Positions 14,453 through 28,515 of a stretch of DNA of 64,000 nucleotides are shown here, in pieces. Numbering within the stretch: position 1 is the stretch's first letter; each line of letters starts with the position of its first letter. This DNA is from Auanema rhodensis (Eukaryota > Animalia > Nematoda). The stretch is taken from contig OZ059899.1 in NCBI GenBank assembly GCA_964057225.1, positions 14,260,001-14,324,000 on the forward strand, written 5' to 3'. The notes beneath the pieces are model-generated. The model was given only the letters and a program-made list of their open reading frames with translations, was not told where the DNA came from and made no database searches. The position numbers and the translations under genes were made by a program.

Positions 14453-17400
14453 CTTCTCTCTCTATCTCTTTATACTCTTTTTATTCTCTTTCTTTACCAA
14501 TCTTGGAAGATACATGTTGACACCAATATCAGGCTACATATGCACAGAGCTTGATGCAATTCACTTCTTCAACTAACACGGTAGTTGTTGTTTGATACGT
14601 TTTCCAATGTTTTCCAAACAACACAGTTTCTTCAGATTTCATCGATTTATTATACTTTTTCTTCTCCTTATTTACAATTTTTTGTTCAAAATATTAATTT
14701 CACAAGGGAATATCACTAACGCTACCAGCATTACCTTTTCTTTTTCCTCCACCGCTCCCTTCCTCTACTTCCACTGCTCCTCCTTCCTCAACTCCTCCTT
14801 CTGCTCCTCTTTATCTTCTTCCTCTCCACCACCTCCATTTTGTCATCGAAATCGGCTTTAAGAACGAAATTATAAATTGAACAAAATCAAAAACAGAATT
14901 TTTCATATAAGAACTGTATTATTAGTTTTAACTATTACATATAGTATAGTATATTATTCGTCATTCTCTATCCAATTATCTTTCGTTTTTCGGTTTTCGT
15001 CTTTATTTTATTTTCTCTTCTAAAATATTTTATTTTATAATAAGGTTTATATACTTTCTATTCACAATTCCATCACCCTCTGGCAGTTTGAGGTAAGAAA
15101 TTCGAGATTTCCTTCCTCTTCTCTGCCACAAACCCACCGATTTTCCTCTCTCTTTGTTCCTTCTTCTGACCGTTTCCTTCTAATTTCTCTCCTTTCTATG
15201 TCATAAAGACAAATTACCGATCATTTTCATATAGTTAGTGTCATGAATTTCAAATATTCCCAACTATATGGATATAAATGGAAATTTAAAACTAACTATG
15301 AGTGAAAAGTAGTTTGTAGGGAGTATGCTTCTGTCACCTGCCGTGAGATTTTCAAGAAAATTGCCGAGTAGAGCTACCAGAAAAAGAAAAACAGGTGTAA
15401 TTATAAAGGAAAAACTGATGTGAAGCTAGTTATCAAGCTATTTTGTAAAAGAGAAGCAAATTCTCTCTCTTCATGTCCTTCATTTTGGTCGCTCTTGCAT
15501 GGAGCTTAACGCTGTATCAGTATAGCGGAACAATGCTCTTGTAGTCTTTTATCTCCTTCTCACTTATAACCTTAAATCATAACATATTCAGTAATTATAA
15601 TTAATTATATAACTTTATATGTAAATTTTTTATTTTATTTGTTGTTGTCAGCCATGTTCATGTGCTCTAAACAAGCTTCTCCATCTCGATTGCCCCCTCC
15701 CGTCTCCCATCACATCCCTCTTCACACCCTGCAACACTAATCCAACAACATCAAGAAGTCAAAAAGAAATTGAAAAACAAAGCTATATTCTACAAGAATT
15801 ATTTGAACTTTCAAGTTGTTTAACAATTTTAAGATCAAAGACCCTGAATCTAACTTCAAAAATCTTTATATCCCTCTATCATTGCCGTACTCCTTCACAC
15901 CACCATGACTCCTTCTCTTTCTCTCTCTTGAGCCTTCTGATTACTAACCAAGCATACTTTCATTTCAACGTCTAAAGACTGTTCTCTCTCTTCATTTTAA
16001 AAGCCGAAAATAATAAAAATAAAAAACAATGCTGAGCATTGCGCGAACTACTGAATGAGGCACAAGATGACAAAGCTTTTATGCCTTTTAACATTCAAGT
16101 TTTGAAGAAAAAAATTGAGAAATTGAATTGAAGGACCAATCAGTATTATTATGAATAGCCAAGTCCATGATCTATTGAAGACAATCGCATGTTCTTATAA
16201 GGATTATTTTGTTTACACACAAAAACTCAATAAATGGTTTAAAGAGAGAAAGAGAGGGAGAGAGAGAAAGCGGGTAATATAAAGAGTTTCCGCCACAATC
16301 TCTTTTGGTTCTCCATCTCTCTGGTCCAGTTCCCTTGTTTCGTTTGATTGAAAATAAATTTTCTCATGATGTACTAAATGAAATGATTGATAACTTCGAA
16401 ATCAAACTTCTTCGTCTACATCGAACATCGAACATCTGAGTTTGGCCGAACGTTCGTTTCTGCTTGTTCTCGCGAACACATCAGAACATACTCTTTTTGA
16501 ACTAGATGAAATAATGTTTCCAATGTATTTTCTTTATATTTTTTTATAATATTATACTTGTATAGTTAAGTTGAAGCTTCGCTAACTATATATGATATAA
16601 AATAAACTTTTTTTTCCAAGTCATTCGATACAAACATAGATAGAAATCTAATCCTTTGACGCGTTTCCTCAGTTTACATTTCTGTTTATGGACCACATGA
16701 GCAGAAAAATAATTCAAACTGTCTCTTGGTCTCTCTATTTCTTTTCATTATATCTCCTTCTCTATCTATATTCGCCCCCTCCCCCCCCCTCTCTCTCTCT
16801 CTCTTTTCCTCACTTGCTCTCTTTATCTTCCGATCCTAGCCATTTTCTGTCCACCTCTCTGTGTTCCCATGTTCCGCCGACTAAAATCCTGAGTATTTTC
16901 CTCACACGTTTAGTCAACTTTCTTCATTTTATTTCGCCGTTTTACTATCCTTAAACTTCGTCACCAACTCTACAGAAAACAAGCACAACAATGCTGCAAT
17001 GTCACCAAGCTCAAACCAAACTTTGTTTTCCCGTCGGAAGAAAAGGAAAAATTTTTTTTCTTCTCCTCTTTGACTTTTTCGAGTAAAATGTATATATTGT
17101 GTCTTTTTGTGTCTTTTCATGGATCCATCTTCCCTAATTAGGATGAAGAAATGCGTATAATTAGCATGTTGTAGATAGACTCGAATTGTCATTTTTCTCA
17201 CGAAGATGTTGTAGCTTCTAATTCACCCTCCTCAGCTATCTAGCTAGCTCTGTCTAGGCAGCCAGCCCAGCTAGTAGGGGCGAGGCATGGCAGCCCTCAG
17301 AACATTAGTCCCAGCCTCCAGCAGTCTCAGCTTCAAGCTCAGCTATCTATCTATCGAAAACGAACTCATCCGTCTATTCGCATTCATTCAGTTCTCCTTC

Positions 17401-19259
17401 ACATCACTTTGTATTTTTTTTTAGGAAAAAAAAGGCAAAAAGAAACAACAAAAAGAAAAACATTTCTCCTATTTTCATTCAATTTTTTGAAATATTTTAA
17501 TTATTTCTAATTAATTTAATAAATTAGTTTAGTTTACATAATCAATTGATTATATTTAATTTACTATTTCTATCTCAATTTCACTCTTTTTTTCATTTGT
17601 TCACTCTCAAATTTATTTTTTAACATCTCAAAGAACTGCTTAGACTTTGAATTTGTGTCCCTCTTCTTCCTTCTCTTGCTTCGCAGCTTCTAACCCTTCT
17701 CAAGCTCATCTATCTCATCCTTCCTGCCATATGTTACACCGTCATAGCACATCATCTGTATGTCTTTCTGAGGCATCAGATGCATGAGCTTGAATCGTAA
17801 CTAAAGAGCAAATCCGTCTTGTCTCCCTGTTTTCTCTCACTCACTCTCTATCTTTCTCTTTAAAGAATCACAGAAACAGCAGCAGCATGAGCAACATTAG
17901 TAGCCGAAGCTGCCAACGAACTGAATCAGACTCTGAATGTAAATGAGAGCACCACGACACAGCTCTAGTCTCATAATTTTATTTCAAAAATTAGAAAAAA
18001 AAAGAAATTAAATAGATTGTATTCCAGATATTTTCCCAGCTCTTTCGATCACAATCATACAAAGATTCTGATATTCATATAGCTATCTTTAAAACTTTCC
18101 CCGAAAATTCGAGTAATTTTTATAATTTTCTTGCCAATCGGGGTAATTTAATCACCATAGTAACGAGATTAGATATATAACTATATGTATATCTAAGAAA
18201 TTAATAAAACAATTAAGATTTTTAATGGAAGAAAAAAAAGGAAAAAATAGTCAAAGTGAATAAACTATACCATATAAATACTTAAGAGAGATAAAGTAAA
18301 AGAGAGACGTAGAAAGAGAGAGAGAGAGAAAGAGAAACCCAAAATCACAAAAAGAAAAACATAACAATCACACACGAATCTGTTTATCTGCATATTTATA
18401 CTCAATATTATATATATATATACTATATAACTATATATTTATGCGTATATTTACCTCATATTCCTTTTCATATCTCTTTTTCTCCAATTTTTACTCGCCT
18501 ATCTTTCTTATATGGAACCTCAGAATAAGTTTTATAAGGAGGAAAACTAAGAGAAGGAGATACATATAGAGAGAGAAATCGAGACAGACAGTGAGAAAGC
18601 ATACTTTCACAAAGAATACTAAAGTCTGTTGCTGTCTCATCACACGTTCCTCAAGCTATTTGACACCATTTCCAATTTTTTCCTTTCTAAAGCAAAAGCA
18701 TTCGGCTATAGATATAGCTTACTAACCCTCGATTCTCGTAGCAATGCCCCCTGGCAGTCGTCCAACCGTTTCAAGTTTTATCTTTCAAATTATCAAACAT
18801 TTGTGCTTCCAGTCAATCGGCTAGATGCGTGATAACCTTCTCATAAAGCTTATTTTCATAGAGAAAAAGCACAAAATTAATTTATTTTTGTTTTTTTTCT
18901 TGTTTTTGAAACCAGAGAGAAGCAACTGAAGGGTAAGCAAAATGCGACCAAGCGCTAGACCAGATGAAAAGAGGAAATAGAGAAGGAGAAAGAAAGAGAG
19001 AGAGAGAATGTGGAGAACAAGAAGAGAAAGAGAGAAAATAGCTTGAATCAAGAGTAAAGAGATGAGGAAAGGGAAAAGAGTGTAAGGGCTGATAAGCAGA
19101 AACCAACAAAAAAAGCCAAAAAAGAACATTGCTTCATGTATACACAAGCAGCGAGCAACATAAAAAAATTTTGGCACTAAAAAAATAAATTTACATATCT
19201 GGTATAGACTAAGTGAAAAAATAAAATAAAAGATTAAGATAAAGAGAGATAGAATGAAA

Positions 19260-19309
<50 letters not shown>

Positions 19310-21629
19310 AACCAAAAAATGATTTTTACCTCGGCTTTTATGGCTCAGCAGGAGCTGTCATTCAGCCGGCACTGCTGCTACACGATTTTCAAGTTTCTGA
19401 ACAGTATATATAAAATGAAATATATTGAAAGCTGAAAACGTCGTCAGTCAGCTTTTATTATTTCTAAACACCTTGACTACTTTTTTTCCTTTTTTTCCTC
19501 ATAAATCATATGGTTTTCTGCTTTTTTGTGTTTTTCGTCTGTAGTATCGTATAACGCCTCAGGGCGTTTTATGCCTTAAGGAAATTATTTTGAACAACAT
19601 CAATTGCTCTTTCTCTCTTCTTTGCTTTCTTTTTTTTCTTTTCTATCTATCTTTCTCACAAATATACTATCATATACCTTTCTTGTAACTTTAACCTTTA
19701 TGTGTAAACTGGCCATGAGTTTCAGCTGATGTATCATGCTACTTCTTTGTTAGAAATCCTTTCTCTCTCTCTCTATCTCCCCCTCTCTCTTTCTCTTTCT
19801 CTTCCAATTTTCTATTCCCTCTCTTTCGGTCGTTATAGTGCTAAGGCATTTCGGAGCAGAATTTCGGACAAGCAAGTAATCCTGTCAGTTGAATAATGCT
19901 CGGCCATTTTCATGGTTTTTACGTTTTTCCTTAAAAGCTCAGTTGCGAACACCCAGCCCTCATTCTTCGCATCGTGCAGCAGCATTCAGAGAGAAGCAGC
20001 AGTAGCTGAAGTAGTGGTCTTCTCCACAAATTCTTCTTGTTCAACATATTATGTTTCATTTCAAATATACTATATACTATATCATATAGTTTATTTATAA
20101 TAAAATCAGTTTTTCTATATAATTTATGAAAAGTTTATTATATTGATGATCTCATCGATCATATATGCATACCCTGTCATCACATGAATATCCAAAAAAT
20201 AGGAAATCCGGTTAGACTTGAAATTCCGGAAAACAGACTTAGGGCTTCTTGCTGATTTGAACATTCACTACTTGTCCTCAGTTTATTTCTTACACCGTTA
20301 TAGCTTCTTTCGAGCATGAAGTCTGAAGTCTGAATTCTGCTTTCACGCTTCTCATGTTTCTCCTCGTTTACACTGCTCACTAACTGTTTTTCTTCATATT
20401 GAGTTTGATGATGAAGGTAGATGAAGCAATTTGACCGAAAAAGGTTTCGTTCCCTCGTTCTAGCTCTTTCTACCTCCTCCCCCTCCCTCTTTCTCTCTCT
20501 CGATCTTATTCAACCTACCTTTTACTCCTATAAATACACACTCTTTCACTCTGTCTTTGCTATCTTGTTAACTGTTTTCCTTGACAGCAAGTGCTCGTTA
20601 AGGTAAACCGAGCTTGTTCAGCTAGAAAGCGTCAAAGAGAACTAAGAGGGAAAACGAGAGATTACATACAATGCCTTTGAACAGGCTGCTCTGCTGGGAC
20701 ACCAAAGGATCGATGACGTGCTTGTCCATAATCATATTAGGCCTTCTGTCTTCCGAGCTCTTTACACTGCTGGACGAACTAATTCTCTTTTCTTTTTCTC
20801 CTCTATCTGCTTCCAATCTCCAGAGCACTCTGGCGATCTGTTCTAGCTATTCCGCTTCCCCTCTCATGGTCCCTGTTGTGGTGTGCTGATCACCAGTAAC
20901 GAGTCATCAGACGCATACCACGACTAGTTAGCTTTCACTTCAGCCGTGCAGCTTTATCATTAACACTAGTAGTTATGATACTGCTGTAATCAGTATCGTT
21001 GATCGGCGACAAAGCAATGAACTATTGGAAAGCTTATTTTTCCATTTTCTCTCCTTCGTTGAGCTGCCCCTTGTACATGCTTCATCCAGAGAATGCGAGA
21101 TATTATCAGACTCTGATATAATTTCTTTGGCATTTTGGACTCACTGGGACTGAGCCACATGTTTCGAGCATTTCCTTCAACTTCTTCGAATTCATTTTAG
21201 TTTTTCATTTTTTGCTTATTCTTTCTCTCTCTCTCTTTCAGTTCTTCTATCTCCCTCCTTCTCACACACTCTCTCTATTCTTTTCACTGAAACTCTCACT
21301 GTCTCTTCTTATTCTTTTTTTGCTTCTTGTCAAAGACTGATCTGCATAACGATGTGAGTTGTTTTGCGTGTTGCCATCTACGAGCTCAAGACCCCGACGA
21401 CGACTGCTCGTCAATATCGTGAGCAAGATCCTTTCTCACCCTTATATGGCTTTCTAGCATGAAGTTAATTGCTTAACCGAAAGATAGAAGTAGATTTTTT
21501 TCTTTGAAATTTGTAGCTTTTCCCTCTCTTTCTCTCTCTTACACACACACACTCTCTCTCTTACTCTCTCACACGCACACACATTGTTAATACAATCTCT
21601 ACGCTTTTCCTTTTTCACATCTTCTTACA

Positions 21630-21632
21630 ATG
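21630..21632 (+). CDS. unc-103: candidate Met-only first coding exon of unc-103
   Basis: acaATG|gtaata, phase 0, would give M-VLSLGADV. Follows a UTR-like pyrimidine-rich region with an (ACG)n island near 21395. Confidence 0.35.
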
Positions 21633-23213
21633 GTAATACTTGTTCTACTACTTCAAGTTTTGGTATAGCTATACGCACTGTCTTCATCGTTCTCCTTCCA
21701 TTTCTATCTCTCTTTCTTTCCATCTCTCTAGTTTTACCTCTCTTTATCTCTCTTCTTCTCTTTCTTTTTCACTCGCTTAACTTCTCACTCTCTCTTATTC
21801 TACCTCACTCTCTTCTAATTTTTTTCGTTATTCGTCATTTTTGTTTTTTTCCCATTTGTTCTCTTCTCTTATTCAAAGTTTTATTTTAATTTTAATCAAG
21901 TCAGATTTTGGTTAGCAATTCCTCATTTTGTTTGCAGCCATTTAGCGGAAACTGCTAAAATTGTCTTCACTACTTCATTATAATCCCCTTCACAGTTTGA
22001 CTTATTCTTCTTAATGATATGTCACATTATTCTTTTCCTAAAGAACATCAAGCTTTTTCATCATCTTGTTCCTTTTCTCTCTTTCAAAAAAAAATGCAAA
22101 AGATGTAGATGATTACACACAGTCAATAGGTTGGCTGTGTGTGTGTTGGAATAGGAGGGTGGAGGGTAGAAGAAGAGAGATGAAGCAAAAAATGAGGATA
22201 GGAGAGGTTGAGAGAGAAAGAAAGAAAGAAAGAAAGAGAGTGAAATTTCGAATACATTATTGGCTTCTAGTACTGCCCATATTAAAGGACATTCCAACTG
22301 TCTGTCTTAAACGTCGTCGTTTTTGTGGAAAATTATCAAAATTTCCACTTACGTCTATCCTGTATGTCATCTAAGTTATCTTATGTTTTTCACTTTAAAC
22401 TACAACTTATACTATTACTACTTCTTCTTCTGCAAGCAAACACCATATGAGTCTGTTGATATGTATGCTATTGATGTAGCATTACAAGCTTATGCTGCTG
22501 TTACTGAGGCTGATGCCGCATTTAGAGTGAGAGCATTGTCGTGCCATCAGTGCAATACTACCGATGATCACCCAAGCTTCTCCACTTGAATATATCGAGT
22601 CTAGTCGAATCACGGACCGAAGTATTCATCTAATCTATGTATGGCATGACCTCATGTGCTTCATTGAATGATATCTTCCTACATCTCCTTGCTTTCATAG
22701 AGAATTACCAGATGAGAGCAAGAGAATAACCGAATATTACAGAGAAATAGGAAGAAAAAGAGAGAGACAACAGACCGAGAGAGAAAAAGTAGGTTGAGGA
22801 GGAGTGTTCTATCTGGCGTCTCAACACCAAAATTCAGAATCCGTTCCAGTTGCCTAGATACATCATCTGGCAGTAGTGTGGCGCAGCCATAATATCTGCT
22901 CCTCCTACTTTAATCATCTTCATCTCATTACGAAGCTTTTTTCTCTTTCTTTTTCTCTCTCGATCCACCTCTCCTTCTGCCACTCTTCAACTGCCAACTT
23001 TTTTATTTTTCATATCTGCTTGACTTGTCTTTAAAGGCGATAACGAACAAAATATGTTCGTCCTACTTTCGATCTCACTAGCACCTCATGTACAATCCAT
23101 TTCAGCTGTTTTTTTGCTATTTTTATGTATTTTACCTGCTGATGTTCATCAGACCAAGCACACAATTACTCTCATTACCAACATATACATACATATATAC
23201 ATATTATCTTCTC

Positions 23214-23289
<76 letters not shown>

Positions 23290-23430
23290 TCTTTCTTTTA
23301 ACACTGAATCTATACCTCACTATCTATTATATGTATATCTATCAACATCTATAGAACCGACTGAAGAACCGAGTGATGATCGTCCAAATCTAGAAACAGA
23401 TTATGCTGCAATTGATTGGGCGACTTCTAT

Positions 23431-23490
23431 ATGTCTATTACAACAATACCTAAACACCTAATGATTGTTTTGCAAAATGGCAAAAATAAG
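23431..23490 (+). CDS. unc-103: unc-103 proximal alternative first exon (20 aa, MSITTIPKHLMIVLQNGKNK)
   Basis: ATG at 23431; 60 nt to AAG|gtaaaa, phase 0; 429-nt intron to tttcag|GTG at 23920. Confidence 0.75.
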
Positions 23491-23919
23491 GTAAAAGCTC
23501 TGATGAAAATAGCTTTGAACGATGAATCTACGGAACTTCATATCTCTCTTTTTCCCTCCTACCATCGCTCTGGTTTGGCAATTCATCCGGTTTTTTCCGT
23601 TCAAACTCAAGTGTACTTGTTGCATAAAGAAGAAGAAAAAAATTAAAAGATAATCAACAACAAATAGAAAAAAGAATGACGTCATGCGTATAGTAAATGT
23701 TCCAGCATTTATAAACTTTTTTCTAATTATACTAGAAAAAACTTAAAGTAATATTGAAGAAACAAACACATGTTCATATATGTGTTTGAGTGTATATAAG
23801 CAGCAGCAAGTAATGATTCATACATAAACGAAATTGAGTCAAAACAACACAAACTTACGTTTTTTAGAAATATTATCATCTTACTCTGTGTTCAAAATCT
23901 AATTTTCATCTGTTTTCAG

Positions 23920-24556
23920 GTGCTCTCACTGGGAGCCGACGTGCTACCAGAATACAAGCTTCAACCAACACGCATCCATCATTGTACCATCGTCCACTAC
24001 AGGTTAGATAATTTTAAATAATTCATATATAATTATACTAACTATACTAACTATATACATATATATACATATGTATACATTCAAATTATAATTTATTTTA
24101 TTTCAATTTTATAGTTTACTCCTGTCTATTTTCTTTTCAACTTTTTTTTTGCTTTTCCTGCTATTTATTTTTCACATTTTTCACATATATTTTCAGTTTT
24201 TCATTACTTATATTATTTCTTTTTCTATCTATCTATCTATCTATATCTCTTTTATTCTTGCTACAAACATTTTCTCAAACTTAAAGTCAGAATATTCTTC
24301 AAGTTGAAAAGAAAATTTTTCATTTTGGAAATAGAAAGTTTTGGTGTACGCTTGAACGATCTTACTTTCTCACCTCACAACTTCTCAAGCAGATTTGTAA
24401 TTGCTGACTTCCGCTTAGTTGAACAAAAAAGAAAAAAAAGATTGTTAAAGCTGGATTTTGTGATCAAAAAAAGACTTCTTAAACCTTTTTTTCTTGCTTA
24501 TATCTAAAAGTATATAAGAGAATATAAGTGAGAAAAATAGCAAGAATAAGAGAGAA

Positions 24557-24606
<50 letters not shown>

Positions 24607-26153
24607 GTTGTAGGGTGTAGTGTTGGGTGCTTGTTGTATTCATTTACGACAATTTCATTCAGCTTTTCACAGACTTAACAAACAGAATAGCTTTAGATGA
24701 TAATTCTCAGTTGTTAAAAATCGTTTCTTGAGGTTTAGCTACAATTTTATAAAAAGGGAAAAAACGAGTAACAGAGAGAGAAAGTGAGAAAGAGAGAGAG
24801 AGATAGAGAGAGAGAGTGATGAAAACTGAGAAAATATTTGTTGTTTTTTTTGTGTTGAACAAGTATATAATATATTCAGTAACTTGAGCTCTCTTGTCTC
24901 TTTCAAGGCTATTGAAAATGCCCTTCCTACAAATAGTTTTTTCTTCTAAGAGCTGTGATGAAGTGAAGAAAGCACTGTGAGATTATCAAATGATTTTCAG
25001 TCACTTCACACGGAACTAAATGTATTATTCTGCAAAAATAATGATGATAGTTAGAAGATGGCAATATAATGTTTCAATAATTAGAAGAAATTCGAAAATT
25101 GGGCTCAGAAAGTGAAGAGAAGATGAAGACGAATGTCATTACATTCGTTCTCTCTCTCGTACTCTCTTAAGCAACCAGCAATTCCCTTGTTTCAGCCTGT
25201 CATAAAGCCTTAATAGGGCTTTGATCGACAATTGACAAGAATGAGGAAAAAACTCATTTTCTTACAGCATAACTTCATCATCTTCACTTCTATTCTGCTG
25301 ATCTGTCATTAAAGTATGTGCCATCCTGAGCATTGACGAAGCTGTCAGACTTCAGATGCCAGGAGCAGAAAGACAAAATTCGATTAAAAAATTTTCAATT
25401 AACTAATAGCTTGAAGGCAGAAAGAAACAGTGGCAAAAGAGAGAAGGAGCAGAAAAAAGGCATCAAAGATAGGTTGAAAAGGACTAAAAACAAAGATGTA
25501 TCTTCATCTTTTTTTCTCATCTACCTCATTCTTTTTCCATTTTCTTGCCGTCTGTGTTTCCTTCTTCCTTGTGAGAATTTTTTATTATATTTCATTCAAT
25601 AGTAAGAGTTAGAGAAGCAAAAGAGAAGAGACGCTTAACTATTATATAATTTGATATTAACTATTACTTCCCATATATTCAAAACAAAATATATAATTAT
25701 ATGGGAACATTCAATAGATATAAATAAATAATCAAAGTAGAGATATTTGAAGAAATATGAAATTCAAATGATATATTCGATACTTTCTCTCTCTTTCTCT
25801 TGCTTTCTCACTCTGTTCATCTCTTTCCCACAAAATGATTTGAACTAAGAGTTCAGTAGCTAATGAATGAGCTAAGAAAAGACATCATGAATATTGTATC
25901 ATCTACCCTATTAGCACGTTGTCTTTACGATTTGTTTGGCGTTTTTAGAGGGGAAGAGGGTGCAACCGATTCGTCTTACTATAGCAAGTGATAATATGGA
26001 TATGCAATCACGTAAATCACGTAATACATTAGCATATCAATTCGGAAATTGTGATTAGCGTACGAATGACGTTTCATTAATATATAATACATGTATGTTT
26101 TATATAAATAACTAAGATATTTTCTTATATGACGTCATATTCTACTTCGTTCT

Positions 26154-26186
<33 letters not shown>

Positions 26187-28455
26187 ATCTCTATTTCTCT
26201 TTTTCTTATTCTCTTCCTATACATATACCATATATCAATTACAAACCAAAACAGTATGCTCAAACGCTAACTTTACTCAATTCATACTCTTTCAGTCCGT
26301 TCAAAGCCGCTTGGGATTGGATTATTTTAATTCTCGTTATCTATACAGCTGTGCTCACGCCTTATGTTGCAGCTTTTTTACTTCGAGAAGTAAGTTATAT
26401 GTAATGATAGATGCTCACTAATATTATATTTTCGTTGCAGGACCAAAACCACAAACGGTCGCGCTTCTCGGAGCCGATGGAAATCATAGATCTGATAGTC
26501 GATATTATGTTTATTGTTGATATTATTATTAATTTTCGTACCACCTATGTCAACGAAAACGATGAGGTAACTATATCATACACATTATATATATAATCTT
26601 ATTAAATTACTAATTATATGTATGTATAATATTGTTTTGATTTTATGTATTTCAGGTGGTCTCACATCCGGGTAAAATAGCTACACATTATTTCAAAGGC
26701 TGGTTTTTCATTGATATGATTGCGGCTGTGCCTTTTGATTTGCTGCTTGTCAACACAAACAGTGATGAGGTGAGAGATTATTATTATAATTTGATAAAAT
26801 TATTAATATACAGTTAAGAATAAGAATATCATATAATGTATGAACTTATTTCAGACCACAACCCTTATTGGGTTACTTAAAACTGCACGTCTTCTGCGAC
26901 TTGTGCGAGTTGCTAGAAAGTTGGATAGGTAAGTTGTTATAAGAAGCTCTCTTTCTCTCTCTCTCTCTCTTAGCTATGCTATCATATTATTAATCTTATA
27001 TCACAGGTATTCGGAATATGGAGCTGCTGTACTTTTGCTTTTGATGGCAACATTTGCCTTAATAGCTCATTGGCTAGCTTGCATCTGGTATGCAATTGGA
27101 AGTGCGGAATTACCACATAAGGACATCACTTGGCTACATCAGCTATGTATGTTTCATAAATTTAATATATAGATTTCATTTTACATATTATTTTGTTCTA
27201 TCTCGCATACTTTCAATTGTAGACAAATTTATATTTTCCTATTTAATGAAAAATGAAAATATGTGAAAAAAAGTTTTTTTTTCTTTTTTTTGCTCAATAC
27301 CTTTAGTTAGATTTTCAATTCTAATAGCATATAAGGCTATCAAATAGAAGCTTTGTGCTGTTTTATTTTTTTTTCTGCCATCGTAATAGACACATGACAT
27401 CATTCAGAGCAATTTTGCCACCCAAAAACACAAAAAATGCTTATGTTTGCTGTATTTTTTTCTATTTTTTCTATCTATAGTAGCTAGTTTATCATATATT
27501 TTGGGTAAAAAAAAGGTATACAACAGAATGTATGTTCGTATATCTTGAAAGGAACAAGAATTTCAAAACTTGATTCTGATTCGAGAAAAATGAAAAATTC
27601 GTGAGTCATACGACGGGGAAACGAGTGAAATCAATTTTTTTCTCAATCCAACTAACAGAATTCTATGCAAATTTACGGGGCAAAAAAAATATTTTAGACA
27701 ATCTAATCCTAAACGGAAAAAAATAAAATTCAATATTGGGTATAGAAGTCAAATAAAAATGATTTTTTTCTTAATATACTGAACACAAAAATGTTTTTAT
27801 TTTAATTATTTATTTTAGCTAAACATCTGGATCAACCGTATACATCAACGAATGGTACGATGCCAACTGGTGGACCGAGTTTGAAAAGTCGTTATGTGAC
27901 TTCATTATACTTTACCTTATCAACTATCACATCTATAGGTAATTTATTTTGAAACTTCTATGATATTCAGCTCCAAAACTATTTGTTTTTGCATATACGG
28001 GAAGTTTACGTGAGCGATATTACGTGAACTTCACATGAATGCTGTTACGTGAAGCTCACGTGAAGCTCACGTGACTAATCATTATTCATTTTACTTCTTT
28101 TAATGAAATAGAAGCAGTCGCTTTGCTCATTTTACAAAAACAAATTGTTGACTTTGAACATATTGTTATTATAGGTTTTGGAAATGTGTCAGCTACGACG
28201 GATTCAGAGAAGATCTTTACAATTATAATGATGATTTTAGGATGTAAATTATAATTTTATTTTATTTTTTGTTTATTTATTTTGTTTTGTTTTTTCGTTT
28301 TATAAAAATTTAATATTTCAGCTTTAATGTATGCCTCCGTATTTGGTAATGTATCTGCTATCATTCAACGATTATACAGTGGAACAGCAAGGTAATTACT
28401 TCGAACGTATCATTTGTAGATAATTTATTCATAATATAATAATATATTTATTATA

Positions 28456-28515
<60 letters not shown>

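Noticed and set aside
15073-15098. SL1-like end (cagtttgag|gtaag) suggesting a spliced-leader RNA gene
   Set aside because: Only the last ~8 nt match SL1; the 5' part of the leader is absent and no Sm site (AATTTTG) follows.
18821-19315. 164-aa hydrophobic ORF and the many similar LSLSLS/ERERER ORFs
   Set aside because: These are translations of CT/GA microsatellites and T-rich DNA, with no domain and no splice support.
28007-28074. CRISPR-like or prokaryotic repeat array
   Set aside because: Eukaryotic intron, units of only ~11 bp, no unique spacers and no cas genes.
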